This document shows, one piece after another, positions 1 through 13,250 of a DNA stretch of 64,000 nucleotides (position 1 is the stretch's first letter; each line of letters begins with the position of its first letter). The stretch lies in the NCBI RefSeq assembly GCF_009914755.1, contig NC_060945.1; one strand, written 5' to 3'. This DNA is from the human T2T-CHM13v2.0 reference genome, Homo sapiens. The notes beneath the pieces are model-generated. The model ran no database searches, was not told the origin of the DNA, and saw nothing but the letters and a program-made list of their open reading frames with translations. Made by a program: the position numbers and the translations under genes.

Positions 1-3000
1 AAATGTAATGGAATGGAATAGAATCAACCGGAGTGGAATGGAATTATATGGAGTGGAATGGTATATAATGGAATGGAATGGAATTAAATGGAAAGGAATG
101 GAATGGAAACGTCCCGAGTGGAATGGAATGGTATGGAAGGCAATGGAACGAAATGGAACAGAACGGAATGGAATGGAAAGGAATAGATTGAATCAGAGAG
201 GAATTGAATGGAGAGGAATGGATTGGAATGGAATGCAATGGATTCAACCCTAGTTGAATCTCATGGATTGGAAAGGAATGCAATGGAATGGAATGGAATG
301 GAGTGGAATGGAATGGAGTGGAATCAACACGAATGGAATGGAACGGAATGGAATGAAATGGAATGGAATAGGAAACAACGCGAACAGAATGGAACGGAAT
401 GGAATGGAATGCTGTGGAATGGAATGGAATGGAATGAAATAAACAGGAATAGAATGGAACGGAATGGAACAGAATGGAATGGAATGGAATGGAATGGAGT
501 GAAATGGAAAGGAACGGAATGGAATTAACACAAGTGGAATTGAATGGAATGGAAAGGAATCAACCCGAGTGGAATGAAATGGAATGCAATGAAATGGTTT
601 GGAGCGGAATCAACCTGAGTGGAATGGAATGGAATGGAATGGAATGGAATGGAATGGAATGGAATGGAATGCAATGGAATGGAATGGAATGGAATCAACC
701 CGAATGCAATGGAACGGAATGGAACGGAATGGAATGGAATGGAATGGAATGGAATGCAAAGGAATGGAATGGAATGGATTCAACCCGAATGGAATGGAAT
801 GGAAAGGAATGGAAAGGAATGGAATGGAATGGAATGGAATGGAATAGAATGGAATGGAATCATCCCGAGTGGAATGGAATGGTATGGAATGCAATGGAAT
901 GGAATGGAACAGAACGGAAAGGATTGGAATGGAACAGATTGAATCCGAGAGGAATTGACTGGAGTGGAATGGATTGGAATGGAATGCAAGGGATTCAACC
1001 AAGTTGAATGTCATGGATTGGAAAGGAGTGGAATGAAATGGAATGGAAAGGAGTGGAATGGAATGGAATGGAATCAACACGAATGGAATGGAACGGAATG
1101 GAATGGAAACAATACTAATGGAATGGAAGGGAATGGAATGGAATTAAATGCTGTGGAATGGAATGGAATGGAATGAAATAAACACGAATAGAATGGAACG
1201 GAATGGAATGGAAAGGAATGGAATGGAATGAAATGGAAAGAAACGGAATGGAATTAACCCGACTGGAACGGAATGGAATGGAAAGGAATCAATCCGAGTG
1301 GAATGAAATGGAATATAATGCAATGGAATGGAGCAGAATCAACCTGAGTCGAATGCAATGGAATGGAATGGAAAGGAGTGGAATTGAATGGAATGGAATG
1401 GAATGGAATGGAATGGAATGGAATGGAATGCTATGGAATCAACCCGAGTGGAATGGAACGGAATGGAATGGAGTGGAATGGAATGGAATTGAATGGAGTG
1501 GAATGGAATGGAATGGAATGGAATGGAATGGAATGGAATGGATTGGAATAGAATGGAGTGGAATCAACACGAATGTAATGGAATGGAATGGAACGGAATT
1601 GAATGGAATGGAATGGAAACAACACGAATAGAATGGAACGGAATGGAATGGAATGCTGTGGAATGGAATGGAATGGAATGAAAGAAACACAAATAGAATG
1701 GAACGGAATGGAATGGAATGGAATGGAATGGAATGGAATGGAATGCTATGGAATCAACCCGAGTGTAATGGAAATGAAATGAATGGAATGGAATGGAATG
1801 GAATGGAATGGAATAGAATGGAATCAACCCAAGTGCAACGGAATGGAATAGAATGCTATGGAATCAACCCGAGCGGAATGGAATAGAAAGGCATGCAATG
1901 GAATGGAATGGAAAGCAATGGAATGGAATCAACCCGACTGGAATGGAAAGGAATGGAAAGTAATGAAGGGAATGGAATGGAATTGAAAGGTATGGAATCA
2001 ACCCGAGTGGAATGGAATGGAATGGAAGGGAATGGAATGGAATGGAGTGGAATGGAAGGCAATGCAATGGAATGGAATGGCATGGAATGGAACTGAACGG
2101 AATGGAATTGAAATGCATAGAATGAACCCGAATGGAATGGAATGGAATGGAATGGAATGGAATGGAATATAATCAACTCGAGTGGAATGTAATGGAATGG
2201 AATGGACCGGAATGGAATGGAATATAATCAACTCGAGTGGAATGGAATGGAATGGAATGGAGTGGAATGGAATGGAATTGAATGGAATGGAATGGAATGG
2301 AATGGAATGGAATGGAATGGAATCAGCCTGAATGGAATGGAATGGAATGGAATGGAATGGAATGGAATCAGCCTGAATGGAATGGAATGGAATGGAATGG
2401 AATGGAATGGAATGGCATGGAATCAAACCGAGTGGAATGGAATGGAATGGAATTCAATGGAATGGAATGGAATGGAATGGTATGGAATCAACACGAGTGG
2501 AATATTATCGAGTGGAATGGAATGGAACGGAATGGAATGGAATAAAATGTAATGGAATGGAGTGGAATCAACCAGAGTGGAATGGAATGGAATGGAGTGG
2601 AATGGTATATAATGGAATGGAATGGAATTAAATAGAAAGGAACGGAATGGAATCAACACGAGTGGAACGGAATGGAATGGAAAGGAATCAACCCGAGTGG
2701 AATGAAATGGAATGTAATGCAACGAAATGGAGCGGAATAAACCTGAGTCGAATGCAATGCAATGGAATGGAAAGGAGTGGAATGGAATGGAATGGAATGG
2801 AATGGAATGGAATGGAACGGAATGGAATGCTATGGAATCAACCCGAGTGGAATGGAATGGAATGGAATGGAGTGGAATGGAATGGAATTGAATGGAGTGG
2901 AATGGAATGGAATGGAATGGAATTGAATTGAATGGATTGGATTGGAGTAGAATGGAGTGGAATCAACACGAATGTAATGGAATGGAATGGAATGGAATGG

Positions 3001-6000
3001 AACGGATTGGAATTGAATGGAATGGAACGGAAACAACACGAATAGAATGGAACGGAATGGAATGGAATGCTGTGGAATGGAATGGAATGGAATGAAATAA
3101 ACACAAATAGAATGGATCGGAATGGAATGGAATGGAATGGAATGGAATGGAATGGAATGGAGTGAAATGGAAAGGAACGGAATGGAATTAACCCAAGTGG
3201 AATTGAATGGAATGGAAAGGAATCAACCCGAGTGGAATGAAATGGAATGTAATGCAATGGAATGGAGCGGAATCAACCTGAGGGGAATGGAATGGAATGG
3301 AATGGAATGGAATGGAATGGAATGCAATGGAATGGAATGGAATGGAATCAACCCGAATGGAATTGAAAGGAATGGAATGGGAAGGAATGGAATGGAATGG
3401 AATGGAATGGAATAGAATGGAATCAACCAGAATGGAATGGAATGGTATGGAGTGGAATTGAATGGAATGGAATGGAATGGAATCATCCCGAGTGGAATGG
3501 AATGGTATGGAATACAATAGAATGGAATGGAACAGAATGGAAAGAAATGGAATGGAATAGATTGAATCCGAGAGGAATTGACTGGATTGGAATGGATTGG
3601 AATGGAATGCAAGGGATTCAACCCAGTTGAATGTCATGGATTGGAAAGGAGTGGAATGGAATGGAATGGAAAGGAGTGGAATGGAATGCAATGAAATCAA
3701 CACGAATGGAATGGAACGGAATGGAATGGAATGGAATGGAAACAACACTAACGGAATGGAATGGAACGGAATGGAATAGAATGCTGCGGAATGGAATGGA
3801 ATGGAATGAAATAAACACGAATAGAATGGAATGGAATGGAATGGAAAGGAATGGAATGGAATGGAATGGAATGGAATGGAATGCAATGAAATGGAAAGGA
3901 ATGGAATGGAATTAACCCGAGTGGAACGGAATGGAATGGAAAGGAATCAATCCGAGTGGAATGAAATGGAAAGTAATGCAATGGAATGGAGCGGAAACAA
4001 CCTGAGTCGAATGCAATGGAATGGAATGGAAAGGAGTGGAATGGAATGGAATGGAAAGGAATGGAATGGAATGGAACAGAATGGAATCCAATGGAATCAA
4101 CTGGAATGGAATAGCATAGAATGGAATGGAATAGAATGGAATCAACCAGAACGGAATGGAATGGAATGGAATGGAATGTTATGGAATGGAATGGAATGCT
4201 ATGGAATCAACACGAGTGTAATGGAAATGAATGGAATGGAATGGAATGGAATGGAATGGAATGGAATGGATTGGAATGGAATGGAATCAACCCAAGTGAA
4301 AATGAATGGAATAGAATGCAACGGAATCAACCCAGGTGGAATGGAATAGAAAGGCATGCAAATGAATCGAATGGAAAGCAATGGAATGGAATCAACCCGA
4401 CTGGAATGGAAAGGAATGGAAAGGAATGAAGGGAATGGAATGGAATGGAAAGGTATGGAATCAACCAGGGTGGAATGGAAAGGAATGGAATGGAATGGAA
4501 TGGAATGGAATGGAATGGAGTGGAATGGAACGGAATGGAATTGAATGGCATGGAATGAACCCGAATGGAATGGAATAGAATGGAATGGAATGGAATGGAA
4601 TGGAATGGAATAGAAACAACTCGAGTGCAATGGAATGTAATGGAATGGAGTGGAATGGAATGGAGTGGAATGGAATGGAATGGAATGGAATGGAATGGAA
4701 TGGAATCAAACCGAATGGAATGGAATAGAATGGAATGGAATGGAACGGAATGGAATGGAATGGAATGGAATCAACCCGAATGGAATGGAACGGAATGGAA
4801 TGGAATGGAATGGAATGGAATAGAATGGAATCAACCAGAATGGGATGGGATGGAATGGAATGGAATGGAATGGAATGGAATGGAATGGAATGGAATGTGA
4901 TCCTATTGAATCAACCCGAGTGTAATGAAAATGAATGGAATGGAATGGAATGGAATGGAATCAACCCGAGTGGAATGGAATGGAATGGAATGGAGTTTAA
5001 TGGAATGGAATTGAATGGAGTGGAATGGAATGGAATGGAATGGAATGGAATGGAATGGAATGGAATCAACCCGAATGGAATGGTATGGAATGGAATACCA
5101 TGGAATCAACCCGAGTGGAATGGAATGGAATGGAATTCAATGGAATGGAATGGAATGCAATGGTATGTAATCAACCCGAGTGGAATATTATCGAATGCAA
5201 TGGAATGGAACGGAATGGAATGGAATAAAATGTAATGGAATGGAATGGAATCAACCGGAGTGCAATGGAATGGAATGGAGTGGAATGGAATATAATGGAA
5301 TGGAATGGAATTAAATGGAAAGGAACGGAATGGAATCAACACGAGTGGAATGGAATGGAATGGAATGGAATGGAATGGAATGGAATCAACCCGAGTGGAA
5401 TGGAATGGAATGGAATGCAATGGAATGAAATGTAATATAGTGGAATGGAATGGAAACATCCCGAGTGGAATGGAATGGTATGGAATGCAATGAAACGGAA
5501 TGGAACAGAACGGAATGGAATGGAACGAAATAGAATGAATCAGAGAGGAATTGAATGGAGAGGAATGGATTGGAATGGAATGCAATGGATTCAACGATAG
5601 TTGAATATCATGGATTGGAAAGGAATGGAATGGAATAGAATGGAATTGAATGGAATTGAATGGAATGGAGTGGAATGGAATGCAACGGAATGAAATTGAA
5701 TGGAATTGAATGGAATGGAGTGGAATGGAATGGAATGGAATGGAATGAAGTGGAATGGAATGGAATGGAATGGATTGAAGTGGAATGGAATGGAATGGAG
5801 TGGAATGGAATGGAATGGAATGCAATGGAATGGAATGGAGTGGAATGGAATGGAATGGAATGCAATGGAATGGAATGGAGTGGAATGGAATGGAATGGAA
5901 TGCAATGGAATGGAATGGAATAGAATGGAACGGAATGCAATGCAATGGAATGGAATCAACCCGATTGGAATGGAACGGAATGGAAGGGAAAGGAATGGAA

Positions 6001-9000
6001 TGGAATGGAATGGAATGGAATGGAATGGAATGGAAAGGAATGGAATGGAATGGAATGGAATGGAATGGAATGGAATGGAATGGAATGGAGTCATCCCGAG
6101 TGGAATGGAATGGTATGGAATGCAATGGAATGGAATGGAACAGAACGGAAAGGAATGGAATGGAACAGATTGAATCCGAGAGGAATTGACTGCAGTGGAA
6201 TGGATTGGAATTTAATGCAAGGGATTCAACCCAGTTGAATGTCATGGATTGGAAAGGAGTGGAATGGAATGGAATGGAAATGAGTGGAATGGAATGGAAT
6301 GGAATCAACACGAATGGAATGGAACAGAATGGAATGGAATGGAATATAATAGAATGGAATGGAGTGGAATGGAATGGAAACAACACGAATGGAATGGAAC
6401 GGAACGGAGTGGAATGGAATGGTGTGGAATGGAATGGAATGGAATGAAATAAACACGAATAGAATGGAACGGAATGGAATGGAATGGAATGGAATGGAAT
6501 GGAATGGTATGGAATGGAATGGAATGGAATGAAATGGAAAAGAATGGAATGGAATTGACCCGAGTGGAACGGAATGGAATGGAAAGGAATCAACCCGAGT
6601 GGAATGAAATGGAATGTAATGCAATGGAATTGAGTGGAATCAACCTGAGTCGAATGCAATGGAATGGAATGGAATGGAGTGGAATTGAATGGAAAGGAAT
6701 GGAATGGAACGGAATGGAATCCAATGGAATCAACTGGAATGGAATAGCATAGAATGGAATGGAATGGAATGGAATCAATCCGGGTGGAATGGAATGGAAT
6801 GTATGGAGTGGAATGGAATGGAATGGTGTGGAATGGAATGCAGTGGAATTTAATGGAATGGAATCAACCCGAATGGAATGGAATGGAATGGAATGGAAAG
6901 TAATGGAATGGAATGGAATGGAATAGAATGGAATGGAATCAACCGTAATGGGATGGAATGGAATGGAATAGAATGGAATCAACCCGAATGTAATGGAACG
7001 GAATGGAATGGAAAGAATGGAATGGAATGAATTGGAATGGAATAGAATGGAATCAACCAGAACGGAACGGAACGGAATGGAATGGAATGGAATGGAATGG
7101 AATGGAATGGAATGGAATGGAATGCTATGGAATCAACCCGTGTGTAATGGAAATGAATGGAATGGTATGGAATGGAATGGAATGGAATGGAATGGAATGG
7201 AATGGAATCAACCCAAATGCAATGGAATGGAATAGAATGCAACGGAATCAACCCGAGTGGAATGGAATAGAAAGGCATGCAAAGGAATCGAATGGAAAGC
7301 AATGGAATGGAATCAACCAGACTGGAATGGAATGGAATGGAAAGAAATGAAGGGAATGGAATGGAATGGAAAGGTATGGAATCAACCCGAGTGGAATGTA
7401 ATGGAATGGAGTGGAATGGAACGGAATGGAATTGAATGGCATGGAATGAACCCGAATGGAATGGAATGGAATGGAATGGAATATAATGGAATGGAATGGA
7501 ATAGAAACAACTCGAGTGCAATGGAATGTAATGGAATGGAGTGGAATAGAATGGAATGGAATGGAGTGGAATGTAATGGAATGGAATCAACCCGAATGGA
7601 ATGTAATAGAATGGAAACGAATGGAATGGAATGGAATGGAATGGAATGGAATGGAATGGAATGGAATGGAATCAACCCGAATGGAATGGAACGGAATGGA
7701 ATGGAAAGGAATGGATTGGAATGGAATGGAATGGAATAGAATAGAATCAACCAGAATGGGATGGAATGGAATGGAATGGAATGGAATGTGATCCTATTGA
7801 ATAAACCCGAGTGTAATGAAAATGAACGGAATGGAATGGAATGGAATGGAATGGAATGGAATGGAATGGAATGGAATCAACCCGAGTGGAATGGAATGGA
7901 ATGGAATGGATTTTAATGGAATGGAATTGAATGGAGTGGAATGGAATGGAATGGAATGGAATGGAATGGAATGGATTCAACCCGAATGGAATGGAATGGA
8001 ATGGAATACCATGGAATCAACCCGAGTGGAATGGAATGGAATGGAATTCAATGGAATGGAATGGAATGCAATGGTATGGAATCAACCCGAGTGGAATATT
8101 ATCGAATACAATTGAATGGAACGGAATGGAATGGAATAAAATGTAATGGAATGGAATGGAATCAACCGGAGTGCAATGGAATGGAATGGAGTGGAATGGA
8201 ATATAATGGAATGGAATGGAATTAAATGGAAAGGAACGGAATGGAATCAACACGAGTGGAATGGAATGGAATGGAATGGAAATGGAATCAACCCGAGTGG
8301 AATGGAATGGAATGGAATGCAATGGAATGAAACGTAATATAGTGGAATGGAATGGAAAAATCCCGAGTGGAATGGAATGGTATGGAATTCAATGGAACGG
8401 AATGGAACAGAACGGAATGGAATGGAACGAAATAGAATGAATCAGAGAGGAATTGAATGGAGAGGAATGGATTGTAATGGAATGCAATGGATTCAACGAT
8501 AGTTGAATATCATGGATTGGAAAGGAATGGAATGGAATGGAATGGAATGGAATGGAATGGAATGGAGTGGAATGGAATAGAATCAACTCGAGTGGAAGGG
8601 AATGTAACGGAATGGAATGGAATGGAATAGAATGGAATGGAATGGAGTGGAATGGAATGTAATGGAGTGGAATGGAATTGAATGGAATGGAATCATCCCG
8701 AGTGGAATGGAATGGTATGGAATGCAATGGAATGGAATGGAAGAGAACGGAAAGGAATGGAATGGAATAGATTGAATCTGAGAGGAATTGACTGGAGTCG
8801 AATGGATTGGAATGGAATGAAAGGGATTCAAGCCAGTTGAATGTCATGGATTGGAGAGGTGTGGAATAGAATGGAATGGAAAGGAGTGGAATTGAATGGA
8901 ATGGAATCAACACGAATGGAATGGAACGGAATGGAATGGAATGGAATGGAATGGAAATAACACGAATGGAATGGAACGGAACGGAATGGAATAGAATGCT

Positions 9001-10250
9001 GTGGAATGGAATGGAATGGAATGGAATGAAATAAACACGAATAGAATGGAACGGAATGGAATGGAAATGAATGGAATGGAATGGAATGGAATGGAATGGA
9101 ATGGAATGGAATGCAATGGAATGAAATGGAAAGGAACGGAATGGAATTAACCCGAGTGGAATGGACGGAATGGAATGGAAAGGAATCAACTGGAGTGGAA
9201 TGAAATGAAATGTAATGCAATGGAATGGAGCGGAATCAACCTGAGTTGTATGCAATGGAATGGAATGGAAAGGACTGGAATGGAAAGGAATGGAATGGAA
9301 TGGAATGGAATGGAATGGAATGGAATGGAATGGAACGGAATGGAATCCAATGGAATCAACTGGAATGGAATAGCATAGAATGGAATGGAATGGAATCATC
9401 CCGAGTGGAATGGACTGGTATGGAATGCAATGGAATGGAATGGAATGGAACAGAATGGAAAGGAATGGAATGGATTAGACTGAATCCGAGAGGAATTGAC
9501 TGGAGTGGAATGGATTGGAATGGAATGCAAGGGATTCAACCCAGTTGAATGTCATGGATTGGAAAGGAGTGGAATGGAATGGAATGGAAAGGAGTGGAAT
9601 GGAATGGAATGGAATCAACGAGAATGGAATGGAACGGAATGGATTGGAATGGAATGGAATGGAATGGAATGGAAACAACACGAATGGAATGGAACGGAAT
9701 GGAATGGAATTAAATGCTGTCGAATGGAATGGAATGGAATGAAATAAACACGAATAGAATGGAATGGAACGGAACGGAATGGAATTAAATGCTGTGGAAT
9801 GGAATGGAATGGAATGAAATAAACACGAATAGAATGGAACGGAATGGAATGGAAAGGAATAGAATGGAATGAAATGGAAAGGAACGGAATGGAATTAACC
9901 CGAGTGGAACGGAATGGAATAGAAAGGAATCAATCCGAGTGGAATGAAATGGAATGTAATGCAATGGAATAGAGCAGAATCAACCTGAGTCGAATGCAAT
10001 GGAATGGAATGGAAAGGAGTGGAATGGAATGGAATGGAATGGAATGGAATGGAATGGAACGGAATGGAATGGAATGGAATGGAATGGAACGGAATGGAAT
10101 GGAATCAACCCGAGTGCAATGGAATGCAATGAAATGGAATGGAATTAACGAGAGTGGCATGGAGTGGAATGGAATAGAATGGTATGGAATGGAATAGAAT
10201 CGAATGGAATCAACTTGAGGGGAAAGGAATAGATTGGAAAGGAATGGAAT
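1..10250 (+). repeat. Human Satellite 3 (HSat3) array, GGAAT strand on +
   Basis: Continuous diverged (GGAAT)n pentamers with the interspersed GAATCAACCCGAGT motif diagnostic of classical satellite 3 (e.g. ~557, ~1436, ~2686, ~5105). All MEWNG/HSIPF ORFs here are translations of the pentamer. Confidence 0.97.
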
Positions 10251-12650
10251 GGAATAGTGAAATGAAATGTGAGCTGAGATTCTGCCTCTGCACTCCAGAC
10301 TGGGTGACAGAGTGAGATCCTGTTGAATGTAAAGAATGGAATGGAATAGACTGTAATATAATGGAGTGGAGCAGAGCAGAGTGGCGTAGAGTGGAGTAGA
10401 ATGGAGTGGAGTGGAGTGGAATGGAATGGGAAGGAATCTAATGGTATGAAGTGGAGGGGAGTGGAGTGGAGGGACGAGGGGTGGAATGGAATGGAATTGG
10501 ATGGAATTGGATGGAATTGGATGGAGTGGAGTGGATTGGGGTGGAGAGGAGTGGAGTAGAGTGGAATGGAATGGAATGCAATGGAATGGAGTGGAGTGGA
10601 GCAGAGTGGATTTTAGTGTAATGGAATAGAATGGAATGGAAAGGAATGGAATGGTATTGACTGGAATTATGAAATGAAATATGAGCTGAGACTGTGCCAC
10701 TGCACTCCAGCCTGGGTGACAAAGTGAGATCCTGTCGAAGGAAATGAATGGAATTTAAAGGAGTGGAATGGAATGGAGTGGAATGGAATGGAATGGAGTG
10801 GAGTGGAGTGGAGTGGAGTGGCGTGGAATGGAATTGAATGGAATGGAATGGAGTGCAGTGGAGTGGAGTTCATAGGAGTGGAATGAAATGGGATGGAATG
10901 GAATTGAATGGAATATAATGGAATGGAATGGAATGGTGAAATTAAATGTGAGCTGAGATACTGTCACTCCACTCCAGTCTGGGTGACAGATTGAGATCCT
11001 GTCGAAAGAAAGAAATGGAAAGGAATGGAATGGTATTGACTGGAATTATGAAATGAAATATGAGCTGAGACTGTGCCACTGCACTCCAGCCTGGGTGACA
11101 AAGTGAGATCCTGTCGAAGGAAATGAATGGAATTTAAAGGAGTGGAATGGAATGGAGTGGAATGGAATGGAATGGAGTGGAGTGGAGTGGAGTGGAGTGG
11201 CGTGGAATGGAATTGAATGGAATGGAATGGAGTGCAGTGGAGTGGAGTGCATAGGAGTGGAATGAAATGGGATGGAATGGAATTGAATGGAATATAATGG
11301 AATGGAATGGAATGGTGAAATTAAATGTGAGCTGAGATACTGTCACTCCACTCCAGTCTGGGTGACAGATTGAGATCCTGTCGAAAGAAAGAAATGGAAA
11401 GGAATGGAATGGAATGGAGTGGAATGGAATGGAATGGAGTGTGGTGGAGTGGAGTGGAGTGGACTGGATTTGAGTGGAGTCAAATGGAAGGGAGTGGAAT
11501 GGAATGGGGTGGAATGGAATGGAATTGATTGGAGAGAAGTGGAGTGGAGTGGAGTGGAGTGGAATTGAGTGGAATTCAGTGGGATGGAATGGAGTGGAGT
11601 GGAGTGGAATGTAGTGGATTGGAGTGGAATGTAGTGGATTGGAGTGGAATGGAGTGGAATGGAATGGAATAGAGTGGAATGGAATGGAGAGGAGTGGAGT
11701 GGAATGGAGAGGAGTGGAGTGGAATGGAGTGGAATGGGAAGGGATGGAATGGAATGGAATGCAATGGAATGGAATGGAATGAAATGGAATGCAATGGAAT
11801 GGAATGGAATCATGAAATGAAATGATAGCTGAGATTATGACACTGCACTCCATCCTGGGTGACAGAGTGAGGTCTTGTCGACAGAAAGGAATAGAATGGA
11901 ATGGTGTGGAATGGAATGGAGTAGAATGCAGTGGATTGGAGTGGAACGGAATGGGATGGGATGGAGTGGAATGGAATGGCGTGAAGTGGAATGGAGTGGA
12001 GTGGAATGGAATGGGATGGAATGGAGTTGAGTGGATTGGATTCAAATTGAATGCAGTGGAGTGCACTGGAGAGGAGTGTAGTGGAATGGAATGGAATAGA
12101 ATGGTGAAATGAAATGTGAGCTGAGATTGTGCCACTGCACTCCATCCTGGGTGACAGGTGATATCCTATCGAAAGAAAGGAATGGAACGGATTAGAGTAG
12201 AATGGAATGGAGTGGGGTGGAGTGGGTTGGAGTAGAGTGGAGTGTAGTGGAGTATATTGGAAAGAAGAGGAAGGGAATGGGATGTAATGGAAAGGAATGC
12301 AGTGGAGTGGAGTAGAGTGGAGTTTTGTGGAGTGGTGTGGAATAGAATGGAAAGGAATGGAATGGAATGGAATGGCACGTTGAGATGAAATGTGGGCTGA
12401 GATTGTGCCACTGCACTCCAACCTGGGTGAGGGAGTGAGTTCCTGACAAAATAAAAGAATGGAATGGAATGGATTGGAATGAAATGGAATGGAATAGAAT
12501 GGAGTGTAGTGGACTGGAGTAGAGTGGAATGGAGTGGAGTAGAGTGGAAGGGAGTGGAATGGAATGGGATGGAATGGCATGGAATGGAATGGAATGGAAT
12601 GGAATGGAATGGAATGGAATGGAATGGAATGGAGTGGAGTGGAGTGGAGT
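10251..12650 (+). repeat. Composite satellite transition zone: GGAAT/GGAGT tracts with 8 copies of an Alu 3'-end fragment
   Basis: GTGAGCTGAGAT..CCACTGCACTCCAGCCTGGGTGACAGAGTGAGATCCTGTC-like segments start at ~10269, 10681, 10948, 11060, 11327, 11824, 12116 and 12392. The spacers are rich in GGAGT. Confidence 0.92.
10635..11392 (+). repeat. Near-identical 379-bp tandem duplication (10635-11013 / 11014-11392)
   Basis: Matching sequence at offset 379; the ORF track also repeats at 10667/11046. One difference seen (gagttcatagg vs gagtgcatagg). Confidence 0.9.
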
Positions 12651-12994
12651 GCAAAATCCTCAATAAAATACTACCAAACCGAATCCAGCAGCAAATCAAA
12701 AAGCTTATCTACCATGATCAAATGGGCTGCATCCCTGGGATGCAAGGCTGGTTCAACATACACAAATCAATACACATAATCCATTATATAAACAGAACCA
12801 ACATCAAAAACCACATGATTATCTCAATAGATGCAGAAAAGCCCTTTGACAATATTCAACAACCTTCATGCTAAAAACTCTCAATAAATTAGATATTGAT
12901 GGGATGTATCTCAAAATAATAAGAGCTATTTATGTCAAACCCACAGCCAATATCATACTGAATGGGCAAAACCTGGAAGCATTCCCTTTGAAAA
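12650..12994 (+). mobile_element. Internal L1PA ORF2 (RT-region) fragment fused to the satellite end
   Basis: Translates [36 protein letters not shown]...MIISIDAEK and LKTLNKL...[18 protein letters not shown]. No 3'UTR, poly(A) or TSD. Confidence 0.93.
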
Positions 12995-13029
12995 TCTCAG
13001 TTACCTTTCTTTTGGATATGTGTGTGAGG

Positions 13030-13250
13030 AAAGCGTACCGAAAAACTACCCTTTTAGTTAAATGCCATATACAATAAATATTAATACCTACAGTCCTCAT
13101 GTTGTACATTAGATCCCTCAACTTGTTAATTCTACATATCTGCAACTTTGCATCCTTTGAATTCTCTATCTCCATTTTCTCTTCTCACCCCCAGCCCCTG
13201 GTAACCACTGTTTTATACTCTATCTCTGTGTATTTAACTTTTTGTTTTTT
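13030..13250 (-). mobile_element. Old L1M (L1MA-like) 3' end fragment
   Basis: tacagtcctcatgttgtacattagatc...cccagcccctggtaaccactgttttatactct resembles the antisense L1MA 3'UTR. Confidence 0.65.

Noticed and set aside
10269-12447. Repeat-spacer arrangement superficially like a CRISPR array
   Set aside because: The repeats are Alu fragments and the spacers are satellite of very uneven length. There are no cas genes and the DNA is primate.
8-12699. Dozens of long ORFs (up to 517 aa) of MEWNG/HSIPF repeats
   Set aside because: Pure GGAAT/ATTCC pentamer repeats contain no stop codon in any frame, so these ORFs are an arithmetic consequence of the satellite.
12464-12874. 136-aa satellite-L1 RT fusion ORF
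   Set aside because: Chance in-frame join of stop-free satellite to a degenerate RT fragment that frameshifts before the catalytic motif; no promoter evidence.
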